Source of the DNA: a virus
Length of the DNA: 40,627 bases
Direction: 5' to 3' (one strand)
Virus record (IMG/VR): IMGVR_UViG_3300020182_000008
Span: 1 to 40,627 of that record
Below the pieces are notes generated by a model. The model ran no database searches and was not told the DNA's origin. It was given only the letters and a program-made list of their open reading frames with translations. Both the position numbers and the translations under genes were made by a program. Shown one piece after another: positions 8,701 through 18,161 of this stretch. The stretch's first letter is position 1. Every line of letters begins with the position of its first letter.

Positions 8701-9984
8701 GTGAAAAATTTCTTAAATTCAATTCGTAAGGGATCATTTCCCTTTATAATAGCATTCTCTGCTCTATCAGTTAGCGCTTCGGCCGCCTTCTATAGTGTAA
8801 GCGGCTTGAGCAAACTATTTGCTGGTGCAGCATTTGAAGTAATTATTATGGCTGGCTCACTTGAGGTAGCAAAATTAGTAATTGCTTCATTATTGTATCA
8901 ATATTGGGGTACAATTAATAAAATACTTAGAGTTTATTTATCTGTAGCTACAATAATATTAGTGTTAATTACCAGTATGGGTATTTATGGGTTTTTAAGT
9001 GCAGCTTATCAGGATACTTATAGACAATTAACGGTTAAGGAAAACCAAATATCATTTTTAGACCAGAAGAAAGAATTTTATGAGAAGGATGTGGCAAGAT
9101 ATGATCAGGAACTTGAAAGAATCTCTAATAACATTAGTACTTTATCTAATGCGAAAGCAACCTCGATTCAAGTACGAGACACGACATCATCTACAGGCCT
9201 TCGATCAACAGTATCGACTGCCGAGCTTAGATTATCTCAAAAACGTATTGAAGTTGAAGAAGAAAACCGTAAAGAAGTTCAAGCTAAACGAGAGGTGGCA
9301 GCCGATTCCCTACAAAAATATCAACTCGAAATCTTAGATTTAGAAAATAATGCTGAAGTAGCAGGTGAATTAGGCCCCTTACAATATCTTTCAGGTTTAA
9401 CTGGCATTGGTATGGATAAAATTATTAATTACTTATTATTAGTAATTATATTTGTATTTGATCCTTTAGCTATTTCATTAGTTGTAGCAGCTAACTTTGC
9501 ATTTGCTAATGCTTTTCCTAAACGAGAAGAAGAAACACCTATACCTGATGTATTTGAAGATGAAGAATTTGAAGATTGGGATGAAGAAGTAACTGAAGAA
9601 GAAATTATAAAAGAACTTGAAGTTAACGAACCAGAAGTAGTTAAGGGTGATCCCGATTTTTTATCTAAATTAGATGAGATTGAAGCCCGAATGATAAATG
9701 ATAATACCCTAGAAAAACAATCTGAAAGGATAGAACAATTAGAAAATGAAATAGATTTAGCCCACGAAGAAATAAATGAATTAGATCGTGCTGCTATTAA
9801 AATGATTGATGGTATTAAACATATAGATGATTATTTAAAACACCATGGTGCCTATTATGATAAAAATGGGATAAAATGGGATGAAGTAAAATTAGGTTTT
9901 GCAGAAGAAAGTGATTATATTGAGAAGCGCAAACAAAGATCAAAACCCAAAGGTAGAGATAAAGACAATATAATAACTTACTAA
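8701..9984 (+). CDS. Membrane protein with long coiled coil and acidic C-terminus
   Basis: Three N-terminal hydrophobic segments, a heptad-rich middle, the IIFVFDPLA segment and an acidic tail. GTG start after an ATATTTAT motif. Confidence 0.75.
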   Translation: MKNFLNSIRKGSFPFIIAFSALSVSASAAFYSVSGLSKLFAGAAFEVIIMAGSLEVAKLVIASLLYQYWGTINKILRVYLSVATIILVLITSMGIYGFLSAAYQDTYRQLTVKENQISFLDQKKEFYEKDVARYDQELERISNNISTLSNAKATSIQVRDTTSSTGLRSTVSTAELRLSQKRIEVEEENRKEVQAKREVAADSLQKYQLEILDLENNAEVAGELGPLQYLSGLTGIGMDKIINYLLLVIIFVFDPLAISLVVAANFAFANAFPKREEETPIPDVFEDEEFEDWDEEVTEEEIIKELEVNEPEVVKGDPDFLSKLDEIEARMINDNTLEKQSERIEQLENEIDLAHEEINELDRAAIKMIDGIKHIDDYLKHHGAYYDKNGIKWDEVKLGFAEESDYIEKRKQRSKPKGRDKDNIITY

Positions 9985-9987
9985 CTA

Positions 9988-10596
9988 ATGTTACAAATTT
10001 CGGAACCTTATAACCAACCTACAGAAGTTATAGAACATAAAAATTTTCTTTCTTTAGAAGAAATAAGTAAATTATCTACAGATTTAAAAAATATTCCTTA
10101 TGAACCTGCTACAACACATGGTCTTCAAAAGTTAGAAGTAAGAAAAAGTAAAATTAAATGGTTAGGGTTTAATAAAGAATTTCAATGGTTATATTATAAA
10201 GTTATTGATCAAATTCAATTATATAATTCTTATTATTGGAATTTTAAATTAGAAGAATTAAAAGAACCCTTTCAATACACTGAATACAATTCAACATACC
10301 AGGGTAAATATGATTGGCATCTAGATTTAGGAAAAGATAAAACTTCATTTAGAAAAATTTCACTAACTATTCAGCTTTCATCCCCTAAAGAATATGAAGG
10401 GGGTATACTACAGGTGTACGATAGGGGATTAGGTAAAGGAGAATATAAGGATGCTGAGTTCCCTGTTTTTGATATTTCTAAGGGATTAGGAAATGCCGTA
10501 TTTTTTCCATCTTTCTTTCCACATAGAGTCACTCCTGTAACAAAAGGAATTAGAAGATCTTTAGTATTATGGGTTGGAGGTTGCCCTTTTAGATAA
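9988..10596 (+). CDS. 2OG-Fe(II) oxygenase, PKHD-type-like
   Basis: YDWHLD, RKISLTIQLS, YEGG, HRVTPVTKGIRRSLVLW. Confidence 0.88.
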   Translation: MLQISEPYNQPTEVIEHKNFLSLEEISKLSTDLKNIPYEPATTHGLQKLEVRKSKIKWLGFNKEFQWLYYKVIDQIQLYNSYYWNFKLEELKEPFQYTEYNSTYQGKYDWHLDLGKDKTSFRKISLTIQLSSPKEYEGGILQVYDRGLGKGEYKDAEFPVFDISKGLGNAVFFPSFFPHRVTPVTKGIRRSLVLWVGGCPFR

Positions 10597-10612
10597 TATA
10601 TTAATATAGGTT

Positions 10613-12373
10613 ATGTATAAAAAAGTTTTTGCAAAAGGTAAAGGAAATAACAAACATACAATTCATCTTTGGACAGATGAAGGTTATGAAGAATTAGAAT
10701 GGGATAATTATTCTTATAAAGAATGCCGCCCTGAAGATGCAGAGTTTAAAGGTTTAAAAGGAGAACCTTTACGCCGTACTCATGATTGGGATAAAAACAC
10801 CTCTAATCTTCATTTTGGTGACATCTCAGCTCATCAAAAATATCTTATAGAACGTTATGGTATAAATGATGAACCCTCTAAAACTTGTAGAGAGGTTTTC
10901 TTTGATATTGAGTGTGAAATGGGAGGAGCACTTACAGAAGAATATATTTCAAATGCCCCTAAACCTGTAACTTCAATTGCTTGGTACGATAAACAATTAG
11001 ACCAATGGGCGATTGTTATTTTAGATAAAAAAGGACAATTAAAACGTACTAAAGCAAAAAATAAAGAAATTATACCCTTTAGACACGAAGCAGATTTATT
11101 AGATTGTTTTCTATCCAGAATGGAAGAGATACAACCAGATATGCTTGTAGGGTATAATAGTGATTATTTTGATATCCCTTATCTATATTATAGAATATCT
11201 ATTGTGTTAGGTGATAGACACGCTAAACGTTTATCTCCAATTGGTATTATTAAACATAAAAAAAATAATCAATATTGGTATACTAAAGATATGTACGTTG
11301 ATATTGCTGGTGTTGAATCAATGGACTATATGCGCTTACATAAAAAGTATAGTTGGGAAGATGAACCAAGTTGGAAACTCGATGCTATCGGCGAAAAATA
11401 CGTAGGTATCAACAAAATTGAATATGAGGGTACATTAGATGATTTATTTGAAACCGATATCCAAAAGTTTATACAATATAACTTTGTTGACGTTGAAATA
11501 TTAGTTGAATTAGATAAAAAACTACAATATCTAGCATTAACAAGAAACCTAGCTCATAAGGGTAAAGTTAGATATAGTGAAGTATATGCCTCATCTAAAA
11601 TTCACGATGGTGCTATTTCAGCTTATTTACTATCACAAAATATAATCCCCCCAGGACGACCTCATGGAGAAAAGAAACTAAATTATGCTGGTGGTTATTT
11701 GTTTTGCCCTAAAGCCGGCTTATATAAGTACATGTTTGATGAAGATTTAACATCACTATACCCTTCAATTATTATGTCTCTTAATATTGGAAGAGAAACA
11801 ATTGTAGGTAAAATTGTTCCTGATACTTTACCTGAAAATTTAGAAGAATATGGGCCCTATGGAGGCAAACCAGATCGCAATAATTATTTAGGTTTAAATG
11901 ATTTAAAAGAAATGGAACCTCATGAATCCCTTATAGTAATGGATCCTAATAGGAAAGGTAATCCTAGAGCTACTGTACCTGTTGGGCAACTTATTAATAT
12001 GATAGAAAAAAATAACTATGCTTTAGCAGCAAATGGTACATTTTTTAGAACAGATAAAGAATCGGTATTGTCAACCATTTTAAGTAAATGGTTTGATGAA
12101 AGAAAAATGTATAAAGATGAAATGAAAAAATCATATAAAGCAGGAGATACTGAAAAAGGTGAATATTATCACTTAATGCAGTATACAATGAAAATTTTAC
12201 TTAACTCATTATATGGAGCTACAGCATTAAATTCATTTAGATACGGAATGCCTTTATCAATATTATCAGAAGCAATTACATTATCAGGATGGCGGATTAT
12301 ACAAGAATCAGCATTAGTTGCTAATCGCCATATGAATAAAATTTTAAGGAACGAAATAAAATTAGAAATATGA
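10613..12373 (+). CDS. polB: Family B DNA polymerase, N-terminal subunit (3'-5' exonuclease, motifs A and B)
   Basis: FDIE (ExoI), GYNSDYFD (ExoII), YNFVD (ExoIII), DLTSLYPS (motif A), KILLNSLYG (motif B). Stops before motif C. Confidence 0.93.
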   Translation: MYKKVFAKGKGNNKHTIHLWTDEGYEELEWDNYSYKECRPEDAEFKGLKGEPLRRTHDWDKNTSNLHFGDISAHQKYLIERYGINDEPSKTCREVFFDIECEMGGALTEEYISNAPKPVTSIAWYDKQLDQWAIVILDKKGQLKRTKAKNKEIIPFRHEADLLDCFLSRMEEIQPDMLVGYNSDYFDIPYLYYRISIVLGDRHAKRLSPIGIIKHKKNNQYWYTKDMYVDIAGVESMDYMRLHKKYSWEDEPSWKLDAIGEKYVGINKIEYEGTLDDLFETDIQKFIQYNFVDVEILVELDKKLQYLALTRNLAHKGKVRYSEVYASSKIHDGAISAYLLSQNIIPPGRPHGEKKLNYAGGYLFCPKAGLYKYMFDEDLTSLYPSIIMSLNIGRETIVGKIVPDTLPENLEEYGPYGGKPDRNNYLGLNDLKEMEPHESLIVMDPNRKGNPRATVPVGQLINMIEKNNYALAANGTFFRTDKESVLSTILSKWFDERKMYKDEMKKSYKAGDTEKGEYYHLMQYTMKILLNSLYGATALNSFRYGMPLSILSEAITLSGWRIIQESALVANRHMNKILRNEIKLEI

Positions 12374-12954
12374 AAAGAGAAATCCATAATATTTTTAAAG
12401 AAAACCGTCCAACTCCTTTTAAATATCCTCCTATATTAGAAGTATACGATGATTTTATCCCTTCTCTTATAATGGATAAATTAGAAAATTTAATCTATCA
12501 AACTCCTTTTTTTTATCAAAAAAATATAACCCATAATTTATCTTCTTCTTCAAATAAAGATATTACCTTCTCAAAAAGATTATTTGATGACTTAGATCAA
12601 TATGTTTCTTCTTCTTTATTTTCTTTTTTAGAACCCTTATATTTTTTCCTAATACAGAAAAATATAGTTATTAATACTATATCTCAAGCTAGGGTATTTT
12701 TACAACCTCCTTCTTTAAATCCTGAAATTTTAGACATCCATATAGATCAATTTAATCCACATATGGTTTTTCTTTATTATATAAATGATTCTGAAGGTGA
12801 TACTTATTTTTATAACCATGAGGGAGAAGTAATTAAACAAGTTTCTCCTAAAAAAGGTAGATTTATGTGGTTTGATGGTAGTTATTATCATTGTGGAAGT
12901 AAACCTGAATCAAACACAAGAGCTATTCTAAATATAAATCTTACAATTAAATAA
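12370..12954 (+). CDS. 2OG-Fe(II) oxygenase (cyanophage-like type)
   Basis: HID...YYINDSEGDT...PKKGR...HCGS...RAILN. Confidence 0.82.
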   Translation: MKREIHNIFKENRPTPFKYPPILEVYDDFIPSLIMDKLENLIYQTPFFYQKNITHNLSSSSNKDITFSKRLFDDLDQYVSSSLFSFLEPLYFFLIQKNIVINTISQARVFLQPPSLNPEILDIHIDQFNPHMVFLYYINDSEGDTYFYNHEGEVIKQVSPKKGRFMWFDGSYYHCGSKPESNTRAILNINLTIK

Positions 12955-12957
12955 AAT

Positions 12958-13305
12958 ATGAAATACGAAGTAGAAAGTAGACCTTGGGGAATGTACGAAG
13001 TTTTGTTAGATTCACCTGAATGTAAAGTTAAACGCATTACAGTAGCACCTGGTCAAAAATTATCATATCAATACCATCTAAAACGCTCAGAAAATTGGAC
13101 AACAGTAAAAGGCCATCTTACTATTATTTTAGAAGATAATAAAATATTTAGATCCCCAGGAGAATCTGTAAGAATATTGCAAGGTGAAAAACATAGAGCT
13201 TGGAATGAAACCGACGAAATAGTACAATTTATAGAAGTCCAAACTGGAACTTATTTTGGTGAAGACGATATAATAAGAATTGAAGATGAATATAATCGAG
13301 AATAA
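12958..13305 (+). CDS. Cupin mannose-6-phosphate isomerase (ManC C-terminal-like)
   Basis: RPWG, LSYQYH..RSENW, EVQTGTYFGEDDIIR. Confidence 0.88.
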   Translation: MKYEVESRPWGMYEVLLDSPECKVKRITVAPGQKLSYQYHLKRSENWTTVKGHLTIILEDNKIFRSPGESVRILQGEKHRAWNETDEIVQFIEVQTGTYFGEDDIIRIEDEYNRE

Positions 13306-14494
13306 GAAAAAAATTGCAATAATTGGAAGAGGTACCGCTGGTAGTTTAGCTTCTTCTTTATTTAATTTTTATAATACTAAAAATAATTATGAAATTGATT
13401 GGTATTTTGATCCAAATATTAATCCTTTATCTGTAGGAGAAGGTTCTACTTTAACTTTTCCAATTAATATAGGTCCACAATTAGATATAGGATATACAGA
13501 AGCTCGTAAATTAGATTGTACTAATAAAGTAGGTATTAAAAAAATAGGATGGAATGGAGTTGGAGATTATTTACATGAATTTCCTTTAGGACAGTCTGGT
13601 TTTCATTTTAATGCTACTAGTTTTCAAAATTATGTCTTAAATAAAATATCTTCCCAAGTTAATATTAAAAAAACTAATATAACTGACCCATCAAATATTG
13701 ATGCTACCCATATTATAAGTTGTACAGGAAAACCTAAAATTTACAATGAATTTTCTCCTGCCCAATACATCCCAGTAAATGCTGCCTTTGTAACCCAGTG
13801 TTATTGGGAAAAACCTGAGTTTGATTATACTTTATGTATAGCTAGACCTTATGGGTGGGTATTTGGGGTACCTTTACAAAATAGATGTTCTATTGGGTAC
13901 ATATATAATGAAAACATAAATTCTTTAGAAGAAGTAAAAAAAGATGTAGAAGAAGTATTTACCCAATTTAATTTAACTCCAAGCTCTGAAACTAATTCTT
14001 TAACTTTTAAAAATTATTACAGAAAAATAAATTATACTGAAAGAGTGTCTTATAATGGTATAGCTTCTTTCTTTCTAGAACCTTTAGAAGCTACTTCTAC
14101 CCATATGGCTATTGATGTAAATGAATCTGTTTTTAGGTATCTTTTTAGAGAGGATAAACCTTTACTCTCTAATATGAATGCCCGATATCTAAGACAACAA
14201 ATTGAAACTGAAAGGATGATTATGCTTCATTACCTTGCAGGTAGTCCTTATAAAACTACCTTTTGGGATTATGCTCAATCCCAAGGAGAAAAATGCATTA
14301 TTGAAACATCTGATGATAGTTTTAAAAAAATGATTTCTCATTCTCTTTTATATTTAAAAGAAAATAGAACTGTTTGGTGGGGTGAACACATACACAATAA
14401 TATAGAATTAGGACAATGGGGAATGAGTAGCCATAATCAAAACTTAAAAGGGTTAAACTTATACCCTAAACTAAAAAAATTGTTAAATTTATGA
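13280..14494 (+). CDS. Tryptophan-halogenase-like flavoprotein
   Basis: IIGRGTAG, VGEGS, TNKVGI, GWVFGVPL, FLEPLEATS. Confidence 0.8.
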   Translation: MKMNIIENKKKIAIIGRGTAGSLASSLFNFYNTKNNYEIDWYFDPNINPLSVGEGSTLTFPINIGPQLDIGYTEARKLDCTNKVGIKKIGWNGVGDYLHEFPLGQSGFHFNATSFQNYVLNKISSQVNIKKTNITDPSNIDATHIISCTGKPKIYNEFSPAQYIPVNAAFVTQCYWEKPEFDYTLCIARPYGWVFGVPLQNRCSIGYIYNENINSLEEVKKDVEEVFTQFNLTPSSETNSLTFKNYYRKINYTERVSYNGIASFFLEPLEATSTHMAIDVNESVFRYLFREDKPLLSNMNARYLRQQIETERMIMLHYLAGSPYKTTFWDYAQSQGEKCIIETSDDSFKKMISHSLLYLKENRTVWWGEHIHNNIELGQWGMSSHNQNLKGLNLYPKLKKLLNL

Positions 14495-15204
14495 TTTACA
14501 CTCCCGAATTATTAGTAAATTTTTATAGTACTTTTAATTACCCACCCCCTATAGATATAGATTGGACACTTTCAGGTGGTGGTGGTCCTTTAGGATATAA
14601 CATACACTATGCTTTAGAAATTGATTTTTTAATCAACTCATATAAATGTGATGCTATTATAGAAACAGGAACTAATGTAGGAGACAGTACAGAATATTTT
14701 GCAAAACAATATCCTAATATTACTATTATAACTTGTGAAATAGACTCTAAACATTTGGAGATAGCTTATAATAGATTAGAAAAATACCCTAATGTACATG
14801 TATTGCAAGGAAGTAGTGAAGAAATAGTTTTACAATTCCAAAATCAATTTACAACTCCATTTTATTTTTTAGATGCACATTTAAATGGAGATACCTATTG
14901 GCCCCTCCCAGATGAAATTAGAAATATTAGAAAAGGGATAATAAGTATTGATGATTTTGATATAAATGATTCATTTTATAAGTACGATACTTATGTAAAA
15001 TCAAATGGAGAACTTATAAAATGTAATTTACAATCTATCCCTAAAGAAAATATTTCTACCCCCATTTATTCAAACAATCCTTCAAAAAACCATTATCCTA
15101 TCCCAATAGTTCCTCCTATATACCAGGCTGGAAGAGGGTATTTTGGTATAGGGATAAAAGAAGATTATTTTAAATACAGTAAATTTTTTAAAAAGTTAAA
15201 TTAA
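14491..15204 (+). CDS. Putative class I SAM methyltransferase
   Basis: IIETGT..GDS, TCEID, FYFLDAH, IDD. Paralogous motifs occur in 34457..34927. Confidence 0.65.
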   Translation: MIYTPELLVNFYSTFNYPPPIDIDWTLSGGGGPLGYNIHYALEIDFLINSYKCDAIIETGTNVGDSTEYFAKQYPNITIITCEIDSKHLEIAYNRLEKYPNVHVLQGSSEEIVLQFQNQFTTPFYFLDAHLNGDTYWPLPDEIRNIRKGIISIDDFDINDSFYKYDTYVKSNGELIKCNLQSIPKENISTPIYSNNPSKNHYPIPIVPPIYQAGRGYFGIGIKEDYFKYSKFFKKLN

Positions 15205-15205
15205 T

Positions 15206-15466
15206 ATGGCATTATCAAAACAATCATTAAGAAAAGGCGTTCATGTAATAGTGGATGATAAACTCGCTACAAAAGAAGAACTTATAGAAATGAGTGAATC
15301 TTGGAGCGAAAAACGCGAAGTATTTTTTCGTAAAATGCTCCAACAGGGAGGTAAATTTAAATTTGATGGAACCCAGTTTGAAATTAAAATTAGAGAACGT
15401 ATATTGAATACACTCGGAGAGGTAGATGGAGGAATAGAAAAAATTCCCGGGGAAAGAACATTTTAA
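15206..15466 (+). CDS. Hypothetical protein translationally coupled to the polB C-subunit
   Basis: 86-aa ORF with a TAATG overlap at 15466. Confidence 0.75.
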   Translation: MALSKQSLRKGVHVIVDDKLATKEELIEMSESWSEKREVFFRKMLQQGGKFKFDGTQFEIKIRERILNTLGEVDGGIEKIPGERTF

Positions 15467-16389
15467 TGAAACATTTAGAGACAACACCTTGGTTTATATG
15501 CGATGAAGATGATAAGAATCTATGTGCTTACGTAGATACAGATTCCAATTATTTCAATGCAGAACCCTTGTTGTTGCATCTCTATCCTAACTTTGAAACG
15601 TTTACTGATGAAGAAAAGGATGATAAACTGGAAAAAGTTGCTCTCTATTATCAAGACTTCATTTCTGACCATTATGATAATCTTGCTCGAAATTGTTTTA
15701 ATGTTCGAGATCATAGATTAGAAATGAAAACAGAAGCAGTAATTCGTTCTGCTTATTTTCGTGCCACTAGACGTTATGCTCAATGGATTACTAAACAAGA
15801 GGGTATATCAAAAGAAACATTAGATGTAAAAGGTCTAGAATATAAAAAATCAAATTTTCCTAAAGTGTTCGGTAATTTCTTTAAACAAGTAGTTGAAGAT
15901 GTTTTAAAAGGAACACAACAAAGCGAAATCGATACCCGTATACTTGATTTTAAGAAAAAGATACTAAGCGACATGCCTATTGGAGAATTAGGTAATCCTA
16001 CGGGAGTTAAAACATTAAATAAGTATATTGAACGCAAGCCTGTAGGTGCAGAAGCATTTACAATTATACGCAAAGGTGCACCTGCCGCAGTACGAGCTAC
16101 TATTAAGTATAATGATTTACTCAAATATTGGCAATTAGATAGACAATATGAAACAATTGTCCAGGGTAGTAAAGTAAAATGGATCTATCTAAAAAAGAAT
16201 CCATATAATATTGAAGCATTAGCATATCTTGATTATAATATGCCTCCTAAAATTAAGGAATTTTTAGATAAGTTTGCTGATAAAGAAAAAGTATTTGATA
16301 CTATATTATTAAACAAATTAGAAGGGTTTTATGATGACTTAGGTTGGAAATTAGTTACAAACCCTTATGTTAATCAGTTTTTTATATGA
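15466..16389 (+). CDS. polB: Family B DNA polymerase, C-terminal subunit (motif C, thumb)
   Basis: YVDTDS, RRYA, KGLE, YNDLL, KVKWIYL. Confidence 0.9.
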   Translation: MKHLETTPWFICDEDDKNLCAYVDTDSNYFNAEPLLLHLYPNFETFTDEEKDDKLEKVALYYQDFISDHYDNLARNCFNVRDHRLEMKTEAVIRSAYFRATRRYAQWITKQEGISKETLDVKGLEYKKSNFPKVFGNFFKQVVEDVLKGTQQSEIDTRILDFKKKILSDMPIGELGNPTGVKTLNKYIERKPVGAEAFTIIRKGAPAAVRATIKYNDLLKYWQLDRQYETIVQGSKVKWIYLKKNPYNIEALAYLDYNMPPKIKEFLDKFADKEKVFDTILLNKLEGFYDDLGWKLVTNPYVNQFFI

Positions 16390-17087
16390 TTTATATTTTT
16401 GATGTTGATGGAACATTAACCCAATCACGAAATGTTATAGATCCTAAGTTTAAAACATTTTTTCAAGCATTTATTAAGAAAAATCGTGTATGGTTAATTT
16501 CAGGTAGTGATAAAGATAAAACCATTGAACAAGTTGGGTTTGATATATGGGGCTCAGCAGAACGTTGTTATCAAAATTCAGGTAATCAACTTTATATAAA
16601 TGGAGAATTAAAATATCAATATGAATTTAATCTTCCAGTTCAATGTGAAGGTTTATTAGAAATGTTTTTAGAAAGATCTAAATACCCACACCGATATGGA
16701 AACCATATCGAAAAACGAGATGGTGCTGTTAATTTTTCTACTATAGGTAGAAATTGTAACCAAGAGCAAAGAGAGCATTATGATGCCTGGGATAAAGAAC
16801 ATCAAGAACGTAAAGAATTTGCTTGGGAAATTAAAGAAAGATTTAACTTTTTAGACGCAGTAGTAGGTGGAGAAATTAGTATTGATATCTATGAAAAAGG
16901 TAAAGATAAAGGTCAAATCGTAAAAGACATTAAAGGTAAATTTGAATTCTTTGGGGACAGATTATATCCAGGAGGAAACGATTTTCCTATTGAACAACAA
17001 ATTATAGCTCAAAAACTAAAAGGTTGTAAAACTCACCACGTAAAGAGTTGGAAAGACACTGAAAAGTTATTACATTCATTAGTATGA
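16386..17087 (+). CDS. HAD-family phosphomannomutase (eukaryote-type PMM)
   Basis: FDVDGTLT, SGSD, IEKR..AVNFS..GR, GGEISIDI, FFGD...GGND. Confidence 0.8.
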   Translation: MIYIFDVDGTLTQSRNVIDPKFKTFFQAFIKKNRVWLISGSDKDKTIEQVGFDIWGSAERCYQNSGNQLYINGELKYQYEFNLPVQCEGLLEMFLERSKYPHRYGNHIEKRDGAVNFSTIGRNCNQEQREHYDAWDKEHQERKEFAWEIKERFNFLDAVVGGEISIDIYEKGKDKGQIVKDIKGKFEFFGDRLYPGGNDFPIEQQIIAQKLKGCKTHHVKSWKDTEKLLHSLV

Positions 17088-17467
17088 AAATAGAGGTATC
17101 AAATGGGGAGATAGTTGATAAAATGACTATCCTAGAATTAAAACTAGATAAAATTACAAACATAACTCAATTAAAAAATGTTGAGAAAGAATGGGCTGTT
17201 CTTAATGATTGTGTAATGGCCTTATATCAAATTTATGGTAATTCTAAATTATATAGTAAAGTAGATGAATTATCTGAGATTAATAGTCAACTTTGGGATA
17301 TAGAGGACTGGATTCGCGATTGTGAAAAGGAACAACGATTTGATAAAGAATTCGTGGAGCTAGCAAGATCAGTTTATAAATTAAATGATCAAAGGTCTGA
17401 AGTAAAAAGACAAATTAATATATTAACTAAATCAAATTTCGTTGAAGAAAAGTCATATAGTAAGTAA
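17084..17467 (+). CDS. Conserved hypothetical protein (DUF6165-like)
   Basis: SNGEIVDKMTILELK...LWDIED.IR...LARSVY..ND.R. Confidence 0.7.
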   Translation: MKIEVSNGEIVDKMTILELKLDKITNITQLKNVEKEWAVLNDCVMALYQIYGNSKLYSKVDELSEINSQLWDIEDWIRDCEKEQRFDKEFVELARSVYKLNDQRSEVKRQINILTKSNFVEEKSYSK

Positions 17468-18161
17468 TATTGAAAAATACTACCTAAATGGTTTAACTAA
17501 AGAGGTAGTATGGAACCTAGTAGGTGGTAAAGCTACAATTAATTTTGCTACTGAAACTAAAGATGCTGTAGGTACAGTTATATTTGATATGCCTTTACCT
17601 GATGGTCCCTTAGCTATCTATAGTACAGATGCTTTATTAAGATTAATTGGTATTACAAGTGAAGAAATACAAATTGAATTAAGTAAAGGTCCTACGGGTT
17701 TAATTGATAAATTAAAAATACAGGATAATAAATTTGATTTAAATTATCACCTTAGTGATATTAATTCAATGCCTGAAGTACCTAATGTAGCAGAAACCGA
17801 TTATGATTTTTCATTTAGGGTAAATAATGAATTTATTACAGGATTCCTTAAAGCACATAACGCATTAGAAAAAATAAAAGACGTTACATTTAATACTGCT
17901 ACAACCCCACAAGGTGAAGATGTAGTAGAAATTATATTAGGTGAACGCTCACAACACTCACATAAAGTTAAATTTACCGAATTAGCAAAATTTAAATCCC
18001 CAAGTGATATTCTACCATTTTCAGCTATTGTATTACGTGAAGTATTATCCGCTAATAAAGGGGTAGAAGGTACTATTTATGTAAGTAATAAAGGATTAAT
18101 GAAACTAGAATTTAATTCTGAAGAAAGTACAGCTAAATATTTTATAGTAAGACAACAATAA
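17442..18161 (+). CDS. DNA sliding clamp (gp45/PCNA-like)
   Basis: ~240-aa beta-rich protein ending GLMKLEF...AKYFIV; lies near polB and the clamp loader. TTG start. Confidence 0.6.
   Translation: MKKSHIVSNIEKYYLNGLTKEVVWNLVGGKATINFATETKDAVGTVIFDMPLPDGPLAIYSTDALLRLIGITSEEIQIELSKGPTGLIDKLKIQDNKFDLNYHLSDINSMPEVPNVAETDYDFSFRVNNEFITGFLKAHNALEKIKDVTFNTATTPQGEDVVEIILGERSQHSHKVKFTELAKFKSPSDILPFSAIVLREVLSANKGVEGTIYVSNKGLMKLEFNSEESTAKYFIVRQQ

Noticed and set aside
12373-15466. Intron, split intein or translational bypass rejoining polB
   Set aside because: The gap is fully occupied by coupled ORFs, there are no intein block motifs, and the C-half has its own coupled ATG.
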